IMG/VR virus record: IMGVR_UViG_3300034072_002211
Coordinates: 213,445 to 277,444 of that record
DNA: 64,000 bases
Strand: one strand, 5' to 3'
The notes beneath the pieces are model-generated. The model did not search any database. It saw nothing but the letters and a program-made list of their open reading frames with translations, and was not told the DNA's origin. This document shows positions 27,715 through 37,714 of the stretch, one piece after another. Numbering within the stretch: position 1 is the stretch's first letter; each line of letters starts with the position of its first letter. A program made the translations under genes and the position numbers.

Positions 27715-27739
27715 GGAGAGCGGGACAAGCCCGCTCTCC
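27715..27739 (-). terminator. intrinsic terminator
   Basis: GGAGAGCGGG/CCCGCTCTCC with U-run. Confidence 0.7.
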
Positions 27740-27764
27740 ACCCTGGTGCGACCCTCAGGGTAAC

Positions 27765-28139
27765 TTATGCGGCTTCGACAAACTTGCGCTTGCCATGATC
27801 CCAGTCGTAGGACTTGCCGCCCATACGGAGCGCCACGAGCGCCTCGAGGTTGATGTTGCGGAACGCGCCCTTCTCGAGCTCATCCTCGCTCTTGCCGGCG
27901 TTGTGAGGCGCCTTGGGATCCAGCTTCTGCATATCGAACACAGTGAGCAGGTTGTGCTTCGCGGGATCGTAGCTCTGACCGACTCCCTTGACACCCTTCT
28001 TCACGCCCCGGCGGCAGTTCATCGTGCGGAGGCTGGGCTCACCGGGCTTTGCGGTGCGCTTGACGAAGTCCACGGTGAAGAGCTGACCGCCCTTGGTGTT
28101 CTCGAGGAACTGATCCAGCGTCATTTCGGCGCGTGCCAT
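27765..28139 (-). CDS. conserved phage protein, WYL/SH3-like fold
   Basis: FTVDFVKR, RTMNC, TVFDM, FRNINL pattern. Confidence 0.6.
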   Translation of the reverse strand: MARAEMTLDQFLENTKGGQLFTVDFVKRTAKPGEPSLRTMNCRRGVKKGVKGVGQSYDPAKHNLLTVFDMQKLDPKAPHNAGKSEDELEKGAFRNINLEALVALRMGGKSYDWDHGKRKFVEAA

Positions 28140-28206
28140 TGTGCGATCTCCCTAAAGTTGATACAGATCAAATAACAGGGAAATCGCACCTTGTCAACCG
28201 CGCATC

Positions 28207-28614
28207 TTACTTCGATCTGCGAGCAGCCTTGCGAGCCGCTGCTCTTGCCCCTGCTCCCTTGATCATCGCTGCGGGCCGCTGAGCCCTCAAGAGGCGGGAA
28301 ATGCGAGGAGTTGTGCCTGACGTGCTTGTTTCCTTGGGAGGCATTGAGACGTGCTCTGCGCCCTCGGGATTGATCCGCTTGATGCGGTCGGAACCCTTGG
28401 GAGCAATGGTGAGCTCATGGTCACAAGCCTTCAGCATAGCTCGCACGGTAGCAAGCTGCGGGAACATCGTTTCCCTGTAGAGCCACTTGCTGATCGTCTG
28501 TGGGGTTGGACCCCCGCGTTCATGAACCCGCTTGAAGGAGTGGCCCGAGTTGAGGACCACCGCCACACAGTCGTCCCTCAGATCCTCGAGGTCCGTCAAA
28601 GGTTCACGCTTCAT
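28207..28614 (-). CDS. Cro/CI-type HTH protein
   Basis: PQTISKWLYRETMFPQLATVRAML. Confidence 0.7.
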   Translation of the reverse strand: MKREPLTDLEDLRDDCVAVVLNSGHSFKRVHERGGPTPQTISKWLYRETMFPQLATVRAMLKACDHELTIAPKGSDRIKRINPEGAEHVSMPPKETSTSGTTPRISRLLRAQRPAAMIKGAGARAAARKAARRSK

Positions 28615-28643
28615 TGGTACTTTTCGTGCCACCGGTCGATCTC

Positions 28644-29978
28644 CTAGAGTTGCGGCAATTCCCACTTGACCTTGATCGTGCCGCCCTTTGTGGGCTTACG
28701 CTTGCGGAAAGCAAGGAAGCCCCTAAAGAGCAATTCGATCTTCTGTTCCCTCACAATACCACTGAGGTCCATCAGCTTCTCGCGAGTAATGTAGGCCGCG
28801 CTGTCAGCTGCGATGTTCACGCCAGTGATGACCTGCTCCAGGAATTCCTTGGCGTCCTTCTCGTCCACCTTCATGAATTCATAATAGCAGAATCCCACCA
28901 CACTCGGCGGAGCGAGACGCTTGGCCTTGTTTCCAAACTTGTAGGGAAACTGAGCGGCTTCGTCGATCAACCGATCGTCTTTGGCCCGCTCATAAACATC
29001 TGGTCCCGAGATGCGATTGAGGTTCGCAAATCCTCGTCCCTCGTTGCGCTCATAAGAGAGCACAAAGCGGCTGATAGCTGCCATCGTGGTGGGCTGAGTG
29101 AATCCATCTGCGCTCAACTGATCGTGTGGACCACGGTTGGCACCAGTGTCCACGGTCTTGCGCGTTTGCCGCTCAACACCAAAGACGAACAGCACGGGAA
29201 TGCCAATGCCAGTTTCGAGGACCGCATAGCTGCGATGCTGGCCATTGTTCATCAGCCCTTCCTTGCTGATGATGATCGTCTCGCCGTTGAACTCCCAGCG
29301 GTTGTTCGCAATGTCGTCCACATATTGAGCCAACTTTGCGATGCGGATCGGCCGGTTGCCCTCATTGTTGTCGATGAGCACCTGAGCCAGAGCCGGCGTG
29401 AGAATTGCCTGCTCAGTGTGGACTTGCCGATTGCCCATCTTGACGCGAGTGTTGAACCACGCCGTTGCGACCTCGGGATCGTTGAGGTCTCCTGCGTCAG
29501 CAGTCTGTTCCTCGAGAATGTCTTCCTGGAAGTGGGTGGCGGGGAAGTGATGCTCAGGATCAGCTTCTCGCTTCAACGCTTCCACATCCATGAACGCGTC
29601 GGTCACATTGTCGGGAAGATCTCCCTTGAATGCGATCCGATTGTGCTCAGGATCATATTCACCCATGAGCTTTTGCGCCGTCATCTCTGTCTCTGGCGTC
29701 TTGATGCCAGAGAGATGATGCTCGCCCAGGCTTGATGCCCAGGCAAAATTACCCCGCACCGCATGGCTAAGCTTGACGCCCTCTTGCCCCAGCTGAGCGG
29801 TCAGGACACCCGACTGCTGACTGAGCCGGACCTTCTGGTAATCCTCAGGAACGTGCTCGAGGAACTCTTTGCTAACGCCCAGGCTCCAGACCAGTCGGGG
29901 CGTTGCTTTGCTGCCCATTCGCAATGCGCTCAAGCGCATGTCAACTGGGATTGTTCGTTCTGCCGTGATGCTAGTCAC
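28644..29978 (-). CDS. ParB/Srx-like domain protein
   Basis: NRPI, WEFNGETI, NNGQHR..AV. Confidence 0.7.
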   Translation of the reverse strand: MTSITAERTIPVDMRLSALRMGSKATPRLVWSLGVSKEFLEHVPEDYQKVRLSQQSGVLTAQLGQEGVKLSHAVRGNFAWASSLGEHHLSGIKTPETEMTAQKLMGEYDPEHNRIAFKGDLPDNVTDAFMDVEALKREADPEHHFPATHFQEDILEEQTADAGDLNDPEVATAWFNTRVKMGNRQVHTEQAILTPALAQVLIDNNEGNRPIRIAKLAQYVDDIANNRWEFNGETIIISKEGLMNNGQHRSYAVLETGIGIPVLFVFGVERQTRKTVDTGANRGPHDQLSADGFTQPTTMAAISRFVLSYERNEGRGFANLNRISGPDVYERAKDDRLIDEAAQFPYKFGNKAKRLAPPSVVGFCYYEFMKVDEKDAKEFLEQVITGVNIAADSAAYITREKLMDLSGIVREQKIELLFRGFLAFRKRKPTKGGTIKVKWELPQL

Positions 29979-30219
29979 GAGTCTTCTCCGATCTCACAAA
30001 TGCGACCATGCGGTCGGTAAAAGACTTCTCCACGGATTCACGCTCCGTGGTGAAGTGTTCAAGGGCTTCAGCGAGGTTGGGGTTCAGTTCTGGGTCAAAG
30101 AAAAGCAGAATTGCTCGACTTGCCAGAACTTGCTTCGTCATCCCCGTTCGCTTGCTCACCACATCGAGGGCACTACTGGCCTCTCTGGTGATGGCTACAC
30201 TGGTATGGGTTGACGTCAT
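29971..30219 (-). CDS. ribbon-helix-helix DNA-binding protein
   Basis: TSVAITRE...L...SKRTGMTKQVLASRAI. Confidence 0.65.
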   Translation of the reverse strand: MTSTHTSVAITREASSALDVVSKRTGMTKQVLASRAILLFFDPELNPNLAEALEHFTTERESVEKSFTDRMVAFVRSEKTRD

Positions 30220-30274
30220 GTGGGCCTCTCGTTTGGCCCACAGAACTTATAGAGCTGCTATAACGTGTCAATAG

Positions 30275-30712
30275 TCAAGCTATAGACGAAATCTCGCGCT
30301 CCAAAATGTCATCAGCAACTGAGAAAAGTTGTGCTTTTTGAACGAGTTGTAGAGCTATCGGTGTGGAACGGGTAGGATGATTGAGTTCAAGACTGATGAG
30401 GCAGGTCCTATAACTGAACAAGTCAGTAGCCTCAACATTACCGAGGTTTATCAGCAAATGAAAGTGCCTGAACTCGGCTTTGCGAGCCTCAAGAACATCC
30501 TTGAACCGCTGTATAAACCACGGTCCACCAGCCCTCGCGATCATGCCTTTGTCAGCAAAGAAGCGACCCTTGGGCTCATGCTTCATGAGTTCAAAACCCA
30601 ACATGGGTGTGGTGAGGCAGATGCTTGTGTGATTGTTGGAGAACCTGCCCAGGAACTCCTGTCCCCTGAATATGCGGGCAGTATCAACGACGTTAGGAAC
30701 TAGCTTGCTCAT
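30275..30712 (-). CDS. hypothetical protein
   Basis: ORF. Confidence 0.6.
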   Translation of the reverse strand: MSKLVPNVVDTARIFRGQEFLGRFSNNHTSICLTTPMLGFELMKHEPKGRFFADKGMIARAGGPWFIQRFKDVLEARKAEFRHFHLLINLGNVEATDLFSYRTCLISLELNHPTRSTPIALQLVQKAQLFSVADDILEREISSIA

Positions 30713-30980
30713 GCGCCTAAGCTACAGATAATGACGGGGAGGACAAGCCTGAGCCTCTCCTCCCCGTCACCGTTAGCCTGTTTACCTAGCACGTCTATGT
30801 CGGGTCGCAAGTCAACATAGACGCTACTATCCCGCACTCCTCTGCGCCAGGCCAAGAAACTCTAGAGCCCCCGACGCTGGCCTGTTCGTTCACTGTGGCA
30901 AACGACACCCTCAACAGGCCACAAGGACACCGTAGAGCAAGATCCACAGATTTCAAGCGGTAATTGGCGAAATGCTTTGG

Positions 30981-31475
30981 TTATTGCGACGAGTCGTGCA
31001 CTTTGGCAGATGAGTGTGTGATAATTGCGACACACGTGAGCACAAAGCCCAGGGGCAAAAACGACCACAATCCGACTCGGACAGCAAGGCTTCCTACCGC
31101 CTCGAGGTCTCGGAAAGTCAGATAGCCGGCCATGTGGAACACGAACGCGACAATGAATGCCACGAACACTAGCGCCACTGGAATCAGCAGAGCACCCAGC
31201 CAGGCTTCGCCGATCTTGCCCATGAGAGTCGTGGGAGCCGGCGGTGCCTGTTCGAGCACCTTCCAGCCCAACTTCGACGCGGCTTCATCGGCGTAGCGGT
31301 CAGCTGATACCTTGTTGCTTGTGAAATATGTGAGGCGCACGTGGACCCCTTCAGGGGTCTCTAAGTGGCTTTCATAGGACTCTGGCTGCTCCGGCGCGCT
31401 GGGCGTCGGAATGAACATCGTGGTCATCTGAGGCCCGTTGGGCCCTTGCGTCACGCCGAAAGCAATCTGTGTCAT
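30981..31475 (-). CDS. membrane protein
   Basis: Two C-terminal TM helices. Confidence 0.6.
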   Translation of the reverse strand: MTQIAFGVTQGPNGPQMTTMFIPTPSAPEQPESYESHLETPEGVHVRLTYFTSNKVSADRYADEAASKLGWKVLEQAPPAPTTLMGKIGEAWLGALLIPVALVFVAFIVAFVFHMAGYLTFRDLEAVGSLAVRVGLWSFLPLGFVLTCVAIITHSSAKVHDSSQ

Positions 31476-31510
31476 GTGCCCAAAGATAAACCCTGGGCTC
31501 AGAATGTCAA

Positions 31511-31810
31511 CTACATGAAGGTGACACGGAGGTAGGTTGTTTCTTCGGCACGTCTCGGACCCTGATCTACCACGGGACCCGTGATAGTCTCGAGGTAAGC
31601 GAACTCATAGGTGCCGTCCTTGTCCTTGACGGTAGAGAAGAGAAGCTCACGCATCTGCTTCTTGTTGAGTTCGTTGTCGATGATCATGCGGAAGATTCGC
31701 CTACCGTCGTGATCCACAAAGTGGGCGACATTGACATAGATGCCTAGCTTCTCAGCCACGGCTTCAGTGAGGAGGTGACCAACGGGATAGTCACGCGCGT
31801 CTAGGTGCAT
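31511..31810 (-). CDS. hypothetical protein
   Basis: ORF. Confidence 0.65.
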   Translation of the reverse strand: MHLDARDYPVGHLLTEAVAEKLGIYVNVAHFVDHDGRRIFRMIIDNELNKKQMRELLFSTVKDKDGTYEFAYLETITGPVVDQGPRRAEETTYLRVTFM

Positions 31811-31850
31811 AGAGACCTCGTAGGAGAGGGGTTGCTCTCCTACTTAGTCC

Positions 31851-33383
31851 TCATGCGGCGTAACTGACCTGCCCTTCCCAGTTGCCAACATACTTGTTAC
31901 CAACCCGCTTCTTGCTGGTCTCGTAAACTGCCAGGACGTCCGGAAGGATGCTGTAGAGGACATTGATCTGTCCGTCCTGGAAGATCTGCTTACCCGTCTG
32001 CCGGTTGACCATTGCGTGAAGGCTGGGGTTGTCAATGGCCATGCGAATCTTGGGAGCCATGACCTCGAACTCCTTAGCGCCCATCCCGAACCATTCAAAG
32101 ACCATAGTGGAGATCGTAGCGTTGACCATCACGCCGTGGCCCTTACGGCAAAGTGGGCAGGTGCTGTTCTGCTTGATGTTGTAAACGTGACCGCAAGGAT
32201 CGGAGCAGCGAGTCCAGACGTTGTCCTGCTTTGCGTAGGTCTTTGCGCTGATCTCACGGTCCTCGCCCTCGAGGACCAAGCCCTTGGCCGCGCGGGGCCA
32301 CTCGATGGCTTCCACGTAGCCATGCTCCTTGAGGTTGCCCTCGAAGTCGTAGATAAAGCCTTCGGGCTTGCCCTCACACTTGCGAAGCACTCGGCCGCAC
32401 ATTTGCTGGTAGAACGCAATGTTGCCGACCTTGCGAGTGAGGAAGCAGAACTTGGCCAGCTTCTCGTCAAAGCCCTCGCAAAGAGCGTCAACGCTGATCA
32501 GCACCTCAGTCTCGCCCCGGTGGAAGCGCGCGAAGATTTCCTCACGGACCTTAGCAGCCTGACGGGGCACATAGTCGACATCACCAACCACACCCTTGCC
32601 TGCCGTGACCACCTCGCACTTGATGCCCTCACCCAGGAACTGCGCTTCCAGCATCTTGCTATGGTTGGTGTCGTCGGTGAAAACAATCGTGCGCTTGTTG
32701 GAATGACCAGCAGTGGCGAGCAGCCAGGTCTTCGCCACGTGGGCACCGGGGGTTTCAAAGTAGCGGGGACGGGCAAGATCACCGCGCGCGATCAGCTCGC
32801 TCATTGTGGCCGCGATCACAATGCGATCACCATACCATTCCTCGAGGCTCTCACCCGGATCGTTCTTCTCACGGTAAGGAGTTGCGGTGAAGCCGACCAC
32901 CTTTGCGTTGGGCCAGTTCTTGCGAATCTTCTGGAACTCAGCAGCCGTTGCCTTGTGGGCTTCGTCGAAGAGGATCATTGTGGGAACAAACGAGGGGTCA
33001 AAATAGAGATCGTTCGTGACGTTGATGTCCAGGGTGTTGGTCATCGTCTTGGGGAGAGTCACAAGCAGGTTGCGCTTATAATCACACACAAGCGGATGGC
33101 TTTCTGCGCCAACGAGGTAGCTCTCAATTTTGTCGTGGAGGGCGGAGGTCTCAACTCCAAAGCCATGCTCCATGGTTGCGACCGTCTGGCCCAGGAGGAC
33201 CTGAAGGTTCACAATAACCAGCACCCGGCCGCCGCGCTGAATTTCCTCATGCGCGACATCGCCCATGACCACAGTCTTGCCATAGCCCGTTGGAGCCACC
33301 ACCAGAGCAGACGGATTTTTCTCTAGCAAGCTAAACACTTGCTTAGTTACGTTGCGCTGTTCCTCGCGGGGCTTGATTCGCAT
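31851..33383 (-). CDS. SF2 helicase, RadD/UvsW-like, with C-terminal Zn finger
   Basis: APTGYGKT, DEAH, TATP, EGFD, QMCGRVLR, C..C...C..C. Confidence 0.9.
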   Translation of the reverse strand: MRIKPREEQRNVTKQVFSLLEKNPSALVVAPTGYGKTVVMGDVAHEEIQRGGRVLVIVNLQVLLGQTVATMEHGFGVETSALHDKIESYLVGAESHPLVCDYKRNLLVTLPKTMTNTLDINVTNDLYFDPSFVPTMILFDEAHKATAAEFQKIRKNWPNAKVVGFTATPYREKNDPGESLEEWYGDRIVIAATMSELIARGDLARPRYFETPGAHVAKTWLLATAGHSNKRTIVFTDDTNHSKMLEAQFLGEGIKCEVVTAGKGVVGDVDYVPRQAAKVREEIFARFHRGETEVLISVDALCEGFDEKLAKFCFLTRKVGNIAFYQQMCGRVLRKCEGKPEGFIYDFEGNLKEHGYVEAIEWPRAAKGLVLEGEDREISAKTYAKQDNVWTRCSDPCGHVYNIKQNSTCPLCRKGHGVMVNATISTMVFEWFGMGAKEFEVMAPKIRMAIDNPSLHAMVNRQTGKQIFQDGQINVLYSILPDVLAVYETSKKRVGNKYVGNWEGQVSYAA

Positions 33384-33469
33384 TTGTTGACTCCGGTTAT
33401 ATCCGATCTCTTGCCACCTGTATAAAGAGGTGAGGCAAGCGAGTCAACTCTGGTTTTCACCTTTTTTTG

Positions 33470-33755
33470 CTCGATCTAGATTCACCGGTGACTCTATCCC
33501 AGCCGAGCCACACCATCCTCCACGAGATCCCGAACCAACCGGGGTACCGCTTCATCGGACCTCACCGCGCCAGACTACTTTGCTTGGGTCTCGAGCCCCG
33601 CCCGTTTCATCTCAGTGAATCGATCTCTGCTGGAGGGGGTCCTCATTCCCTCACCGAACGGAAGCACCCATGAAAGCAGGATAGGCCGTAGCTAAAGCCG
33701 CCGTTCAAAGCACCAAGAACCTGCGGGCTTTCCCCACCTGTTCCTCAGCAGTTAT
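33470..33755 (-). ncRNA. candidate structured ncRNA
   Basis: TTGACA promoter at ~33789; CTGCTG/CAGCAG and GATTCAC/GTGAATC closing stems; GAAA hairpin; no ORF. Confidence 0.45.
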
Positions 33756-33794
33756 GGTGATGTTAAGGTGAAACTGCGGTGCTTGTCAAGCTGC

Positions 33795-34245
33795 CAAACA
33801 GAAAAGTTTTGGGTTGCAAGACCGGTTTCCCCTCAATCCCGGCACCGCCCCGTCCCAGGGCCTCACTGATGCGTCCTTGTTGTCGGGCTCAGGCTTTGTC
33901 ATCATCCCATTTGGCCTAACACGGAAAGCCCTAAGGCTATACCGATGCCGCTGGGCGTCTTCCTTCCATCTCGCCAGACCACTCATTAGAAAAACACCTG
34001 AGCAGTCCCAACGGGGTACGATCCCGTTGCACAACTTGCAACCCAAAACTCCCGATTCAATGTCTGGCGTCCACACTACCAGCACCGGCTTGACAGGGCT
34101 ATTCAAGAACCCCTGGGGACTCCATCCCCTTGCCTAAAGCACCATAGGTGAGCACACACTCAACAGGGAATTGAACCCCGCGCCGCTTGAGGATCTGCTT
34201 CCACGTCCGGCCGGACCGCTTCCACAGGGCCACGGCCCCATCATC
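33795..34245 (-). ncRNA. candidate ~450-nt structured ncRNA
   Basis: TTGACT-N17-TAGAAA promoter; 16-bp GTTTTGGGTTGCAAG helix; crossing CGCCAGAC/GTCTGGCG pairing; T-loop-like GGTTCAATTCCC. Confidence 0.5.
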
Positions 34246-34316
34246 GAATCGTCCTCTTTCTAAAAGAAAGCCGCGTTCAAGTCAAGAAGGGTGGCTAGAA
34301 GCCACCCTTCTTGATA

Positions 34317-34913
34317 TCAGCCGACCTTGACGGTGAGCTGGGCTTCGAGGTAAATCTTCTCGCTATGGCCGAGCGAGACGCCATCGGAACCACCGCCCTT
34401 GGACGTGCTCTCCAGCATCATTGCGGATGCTGCATAGCTGGCACCACGCGCGTTGCTCATGATGTCGCGAGCGATTGCCTCACCGAACTCGATGCGCGTC
34501 ACAGTGCCGCTCAGCTTCTCGGCTTCGGCCTTGGCCTTCTCGATGAGTGCAACACGGAGATCGCTCTCGGCCTTGCGCTTCTCATGGAGCGGGATGCTGG
34601 CGTCGATGTTGTTGATTGCGATGGTCAGCTTGCCCTGCTCGCTCAGCTGGTCGCACTTCAGTGCCAGCTGGTCGTTCTGCGTGGCGTCGATGCGGGTCGA
34701 AGCCTGAACACGGAACGTGAAGCCATCGGGCTGGTAGGTGAAGTTGCTGAAAGCCCAGCTGACTTCCGGGAAGAGCTTCTTGGCCAGTTCGAGGGCCGCA
34801 GCTTCGAGGGCCGGACGATCCTGGCCATTGACGACGCCCTGGATCCAGGCGCTGATCTTCACGGTGGTATTGGTGATCGTGACCTCGTCGGTCATGTTGA
34901 ATTTGATCTTCAT
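34317..34913 (-). CDS. SIMPL/DUF541-like protein
   Basis: ALIEKAKAEAEKL...I...A.M...V pattern. Confidence 0.5.
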   Translation of the reverse strand: MKIKFNMTDEVTITNTTVKISAWIQGVVNGQDRPALEAAALELAKKLFPEVSWAFSNFTYQPDGFTFRVQASTRIDATQNDQLALKCDQLSEQGKLTIAINNIDASIPLHEKRKAESDLRVALIEKAKAEAEKLSGTVTRIEFGEAIARDIMSNARGASYAASAMMLESTSKGGGSDGVSLGHSEKIYLEAQLTVKVG

Positions 34914-35006
34914 GGATTGCTCCCGCGCGTGATTGCGACTTCGTCTATGCGCGAGCTCATGCCGAAAAGTCAAGGAAATGGCGGCGTTTCCGCCGCCATT
35001 ACCGTC

Positions 35007-35318
35007 TTACTTTTTGATCTTGCCGCCGCAACCAATGATGCCAGCTTCCAGGGCAATGATGTATGCCTGTTGCTGAGCAATGGTTTCCCTCATAGCAGCC
35101 GTCTGTTCTTCCAAGGGCTTACCCTGCTCCATGGAATCCAGTTTGACCTTTGCGCGTTCGATTTCGACCGTGCAGAGAACTGGGACGGGAATGTTCTGAG
35201 TTACGACTTCGGTGTTCTTTGGTGGATTAGGGAGCCTTATGTCTTCCTTCTGACCACAAGCTGCCAAGGACATCAGGACAGCGATAGCTAGAATCTTCTT
35301 CACTTTGCTTTCCTCCAA
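35007..35318 (-). CDS. o-spanin, Rz1-like lipoprotein
   Basis: LAAC lipobox, Pro-rich, overlaps i-spanin end. Confidence 0.7.
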   Translation of the reverse strand: MEESKVKKILAIAVLMSLAACGQKEDIRLPNPPKNTEVVTQNIPVPVLCTVEIERAKVKLDSMEQGKPLEEQTAAMRETIAQQQAYIIALEAGIIGCGGKIKK

Positions 35319-35830
35319 TCCTTGATGAACTCGTCGTTCGTAGCCTGCTCACGATCAATACGTTCCTGTGCGGGCTTTGTGTGATCGTTGGCGCGACCAT
35401 AATCGCGACCCAGCTGCTCGAACTTTGCTTTGTCCTTCTCAGCCCTGCGACCCGCAGCTTGTGCGTTTGCGAGGGCACGATCAGCGGCCTTCTTCAGATC
35501 TGCCACTGCTTCGTTGGACCTCTTGATTGAGGTCTGGTGGTTCTTCTTCTCGGTGTCAAGGGCCTGAACGTATTCCTTGAGGATCTTATCCTGGCCCTTG
35601 ATGAAGAGGATCTTCTCTTCAACAATCTTGCGCGTTTCTACGAGCTCCTGGTTTGTGCCGTAAGCATACCAACCAGCGTAGATGAGAGCGAGGGACAGGA
35701 CGATCGTCAGAAACTGGAATGGCTTAGCAACGGCAAACTTGAAGATGCCCTTGATAACGTCCCAGGCAAAGCCCAGAAGCATCTTACCAAATCCCAGACC
35801 CTTGAGCAGAATGCTTAGAGCAATGCCCAT
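35300..35830 (-). CDS. i-spanin, Rz-like
   Basis: TM helix then coiled coil; late promoter upstream. Confidence 0.7.
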   Translation of the reverse strand: MGIALSILLKGLGFGKMLLGFAWDVIKGIFKFAVAKPFQFLTIVLSLALIYAGWYAYGTNQELVETRKIVEEKILFIKGQDKILKEYVQALDTEKKNHQTSIKRSNEAVADLKKAADRALANAQAAGRRAEKDKAKFEQLGRDYGRANDHTKPAQERIDREQATNDEFIKDWRKAK

Positions 35831-35889
35831 GGTGATCTCCTAAATAGAGGTGTGTAGTGTGTCCCCTATTTACCGAGAAGTCATGGAAA

Positions 35890-35913
35890 TGGGGAGAGGT
35901 TTCCCTCTCCCCA
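35890..35913 (-). terminator. terminator-like hairpin
   Basis: GGGGAGAGG/CCTCTCCCC. Confidence 0.6.
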
Positions 35914-35923
35914 CCTTTAACGA

Positions 35924-37639
35924 TTAGCGGCCAGTGTCGCCGGCCTGCTCCTCGTTCGTGAAGTTGCTCGTGCGAGCAATCACGTTGTCGACCAGCGCGT
36001 TGTCGACCTGGTTGCCCTTGGCGCGGGCCAGCTTGATCGCCAGCTTGATCACGTTCTTGATCTGGCGACCGTTGAGGTCGTGCTCTGCGAGCTTGTCCAG
36101 ATCCAGGCCAGTGACGCCAGCCGCCGAGGTCAGGTTGGTCCAGATCGCACGGCGTTTGTCCACCGTCGCGTCGCCGAAGCGCAGACCAATGCTGATACGC
36201 GAGTAGAACGCCTTGTCGATGTTCTTCACGCGGTTGGTGGTCAGGAACAGAACACCCTGGTGGTATTCCAGCAAGCGCAGGAACACGCCGACCATTGCGT
36301 TGCGGACGATGTCCTTCTCGTCGCGCTCCTCGAGGAAGATGTCTGCCTCGTCGAGCAGCAGAACCGCATTCCAGACCGTAGCAACGTCCAGGATCTCGCG
36401 CAGAGTATCCTCGAGCGAGTCTGGCGAAGTGCCCAGCTCACCGACCGAGATGCTGTAGAGCGGACGCTGAAGCTCTTCCGCGATTGCTTCCGCGGTCAGC
36501 GTCTTACCCTGACCCGGCGGGCCATGGAGCAGGAAGATCGAGCCGCCGCCCTTGCCGTCGATGAGATCCGAGAAGTCGCCACCCTCGTCCTGGACGATAG
36601 CCTTGACGAGCTCCTTGTCCTCCTCAGGGAGAACCAGCTTCTCGAACGCATCAGTGCGGAACGCGATGTCCGAGAGGCCCGATACCGCCATGCGACCCCA
36701 CTGCTTCGCCGACAGGCTGAAGCCGTAGAGGTATGGGTAGGTGCGCCACAGCTGGTCCTCAGGGATCAGCATATCGGTCTTCTTGTTGCCGCGGTCCTCA
36801 CGGTCACGGTCGAGACCCGACGCACTCTGCTCGCTCGAGAACTGGTTGTTGTCCACCTGCGAGAAGCTGCTCACGTCCAGCATGGCACGACCGTCCGCGC
36901 GGAACCGGCGGTTCGACCACCACGAACTGCGGGTCAGCTGGCCCTTATACTGGATATAGTGGGCGCCGGTCGCATACTCGCGGAACTTCTGGCCGCGGAG
37001 CGTCAGCTCAGCCTTTTCCTCTTCGGAGACCGGACGCACGGGCAGCGCGTTGATCTTCTGGAGGCCAGCATAGTAGCCCAGCTGAGTCTCGTAGGTGCCG
37101 TCCTGGATCGAACCGAAGACGTTGCTGATCACCTTCATCTGGATCTTGTAATAGACCCCGAAGAAGCTCTTGACCAGGCGGATGCTCTCGATGACGCCGC
37201 CGAGCGTCTCGCCGTCGTGAAGCGTGGTGACCTCGGTGCCCTTGAGCAGCAGGTAGGGAAGATCGCCGAACTCCACCGAGCCGCGCTCAATCTTCTCGCT
37301 CAGCTGACCCTTAACCTCCTCGATGAACTCATCGAGGATGGTGAGGAACGGCTTATACTTGCTGGCCGCGCTCTCGGTGTCGACGCCGTAGTTGTTGAAC
37401 TCCTGCGCGATCTGGTCGCGGTAGGGCATCAGCTCACTGACGGGGAAGACGTAAGAGAAGCGACGAGCCTCGTGGTAGCCCAGGACGTCGCCCAGCACCT
37501 CGAGGATCTGATACTTCACATCGTCCGGACCGTGGCTGCAATCCAGATAAACGGTGCCACCTGCTTCGAGGCGGTGAATCGGTGCGAGCTTCGGCTTCTT
37601 AGCCGTCTTCGTCTTAGCAGTGGTTGCCTGTGCCGTCAT
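35924..37639 (-). CDS. AAA+ ATPase
   Basis: GPPGQGKT, LLLDEAD, TTNR, AFYSRI. Confidence 0.9.
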   Translation of the reverse strand: MTAQATTAKTKTAKKPKLAPIHRLEAGGTVYLDCSHGPDDVKYQILEVLGDVLGYHEARRFSYVFPVSELMPYRDQIAQEFNNYGVDTESAASKYKPFLTILDEFIEEVKGQLSEKIERGSVEFGDLPYLLLKGTEVTTLHDGETLGGVIESIRLVKSFFGVYYKIQMKVISNVFGSIQDGTYETQLGYYAGLQKINALPVRPVSEEEKAELTLRGQKFREYATGAHYIQYKGQLTRSSWWSNRRFRADGRAMLDVSSFSQVDNNQFSSEQSASGLDRDREDRGNKKTDMLIPEDQLWRTYPYLYGFSLSAKQWGRMAVSGLSDIAFRTDAFEKLVLPEEDKELVKAIVQDEGGDFSDLIDGKGGGSIFLLHGPPGQGKTLTAEAIAEELQRPLYSISVGELGTSPDSLEDTLREILDVATVWNAVLLLDEADIFLEERDEKDIVRNAMVGVFLRLLEYHQGVLFLTTNRVKNIDKAFYSRISIGLRFGDATVDKRRAIWTNLTSAAGVTGLDLDKLAEHDLNGRQIKNVIKLAIKLARAKGNQVDNALVDNVIARTSNFTNEEQAGDTGR

Positions 37640-37714
37640 TAGGTGTTCCCGTATGTTGCCCCACCGCATTAGCGGGTCGGGAACACCTTGTCACTATCTC
37701 AGGTGAGATATTTT

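Noticed and set aside
33786-34106. 106-aa CDS
   Set aside because: No RBS, atypical composition, and it overlaps long RNA helices
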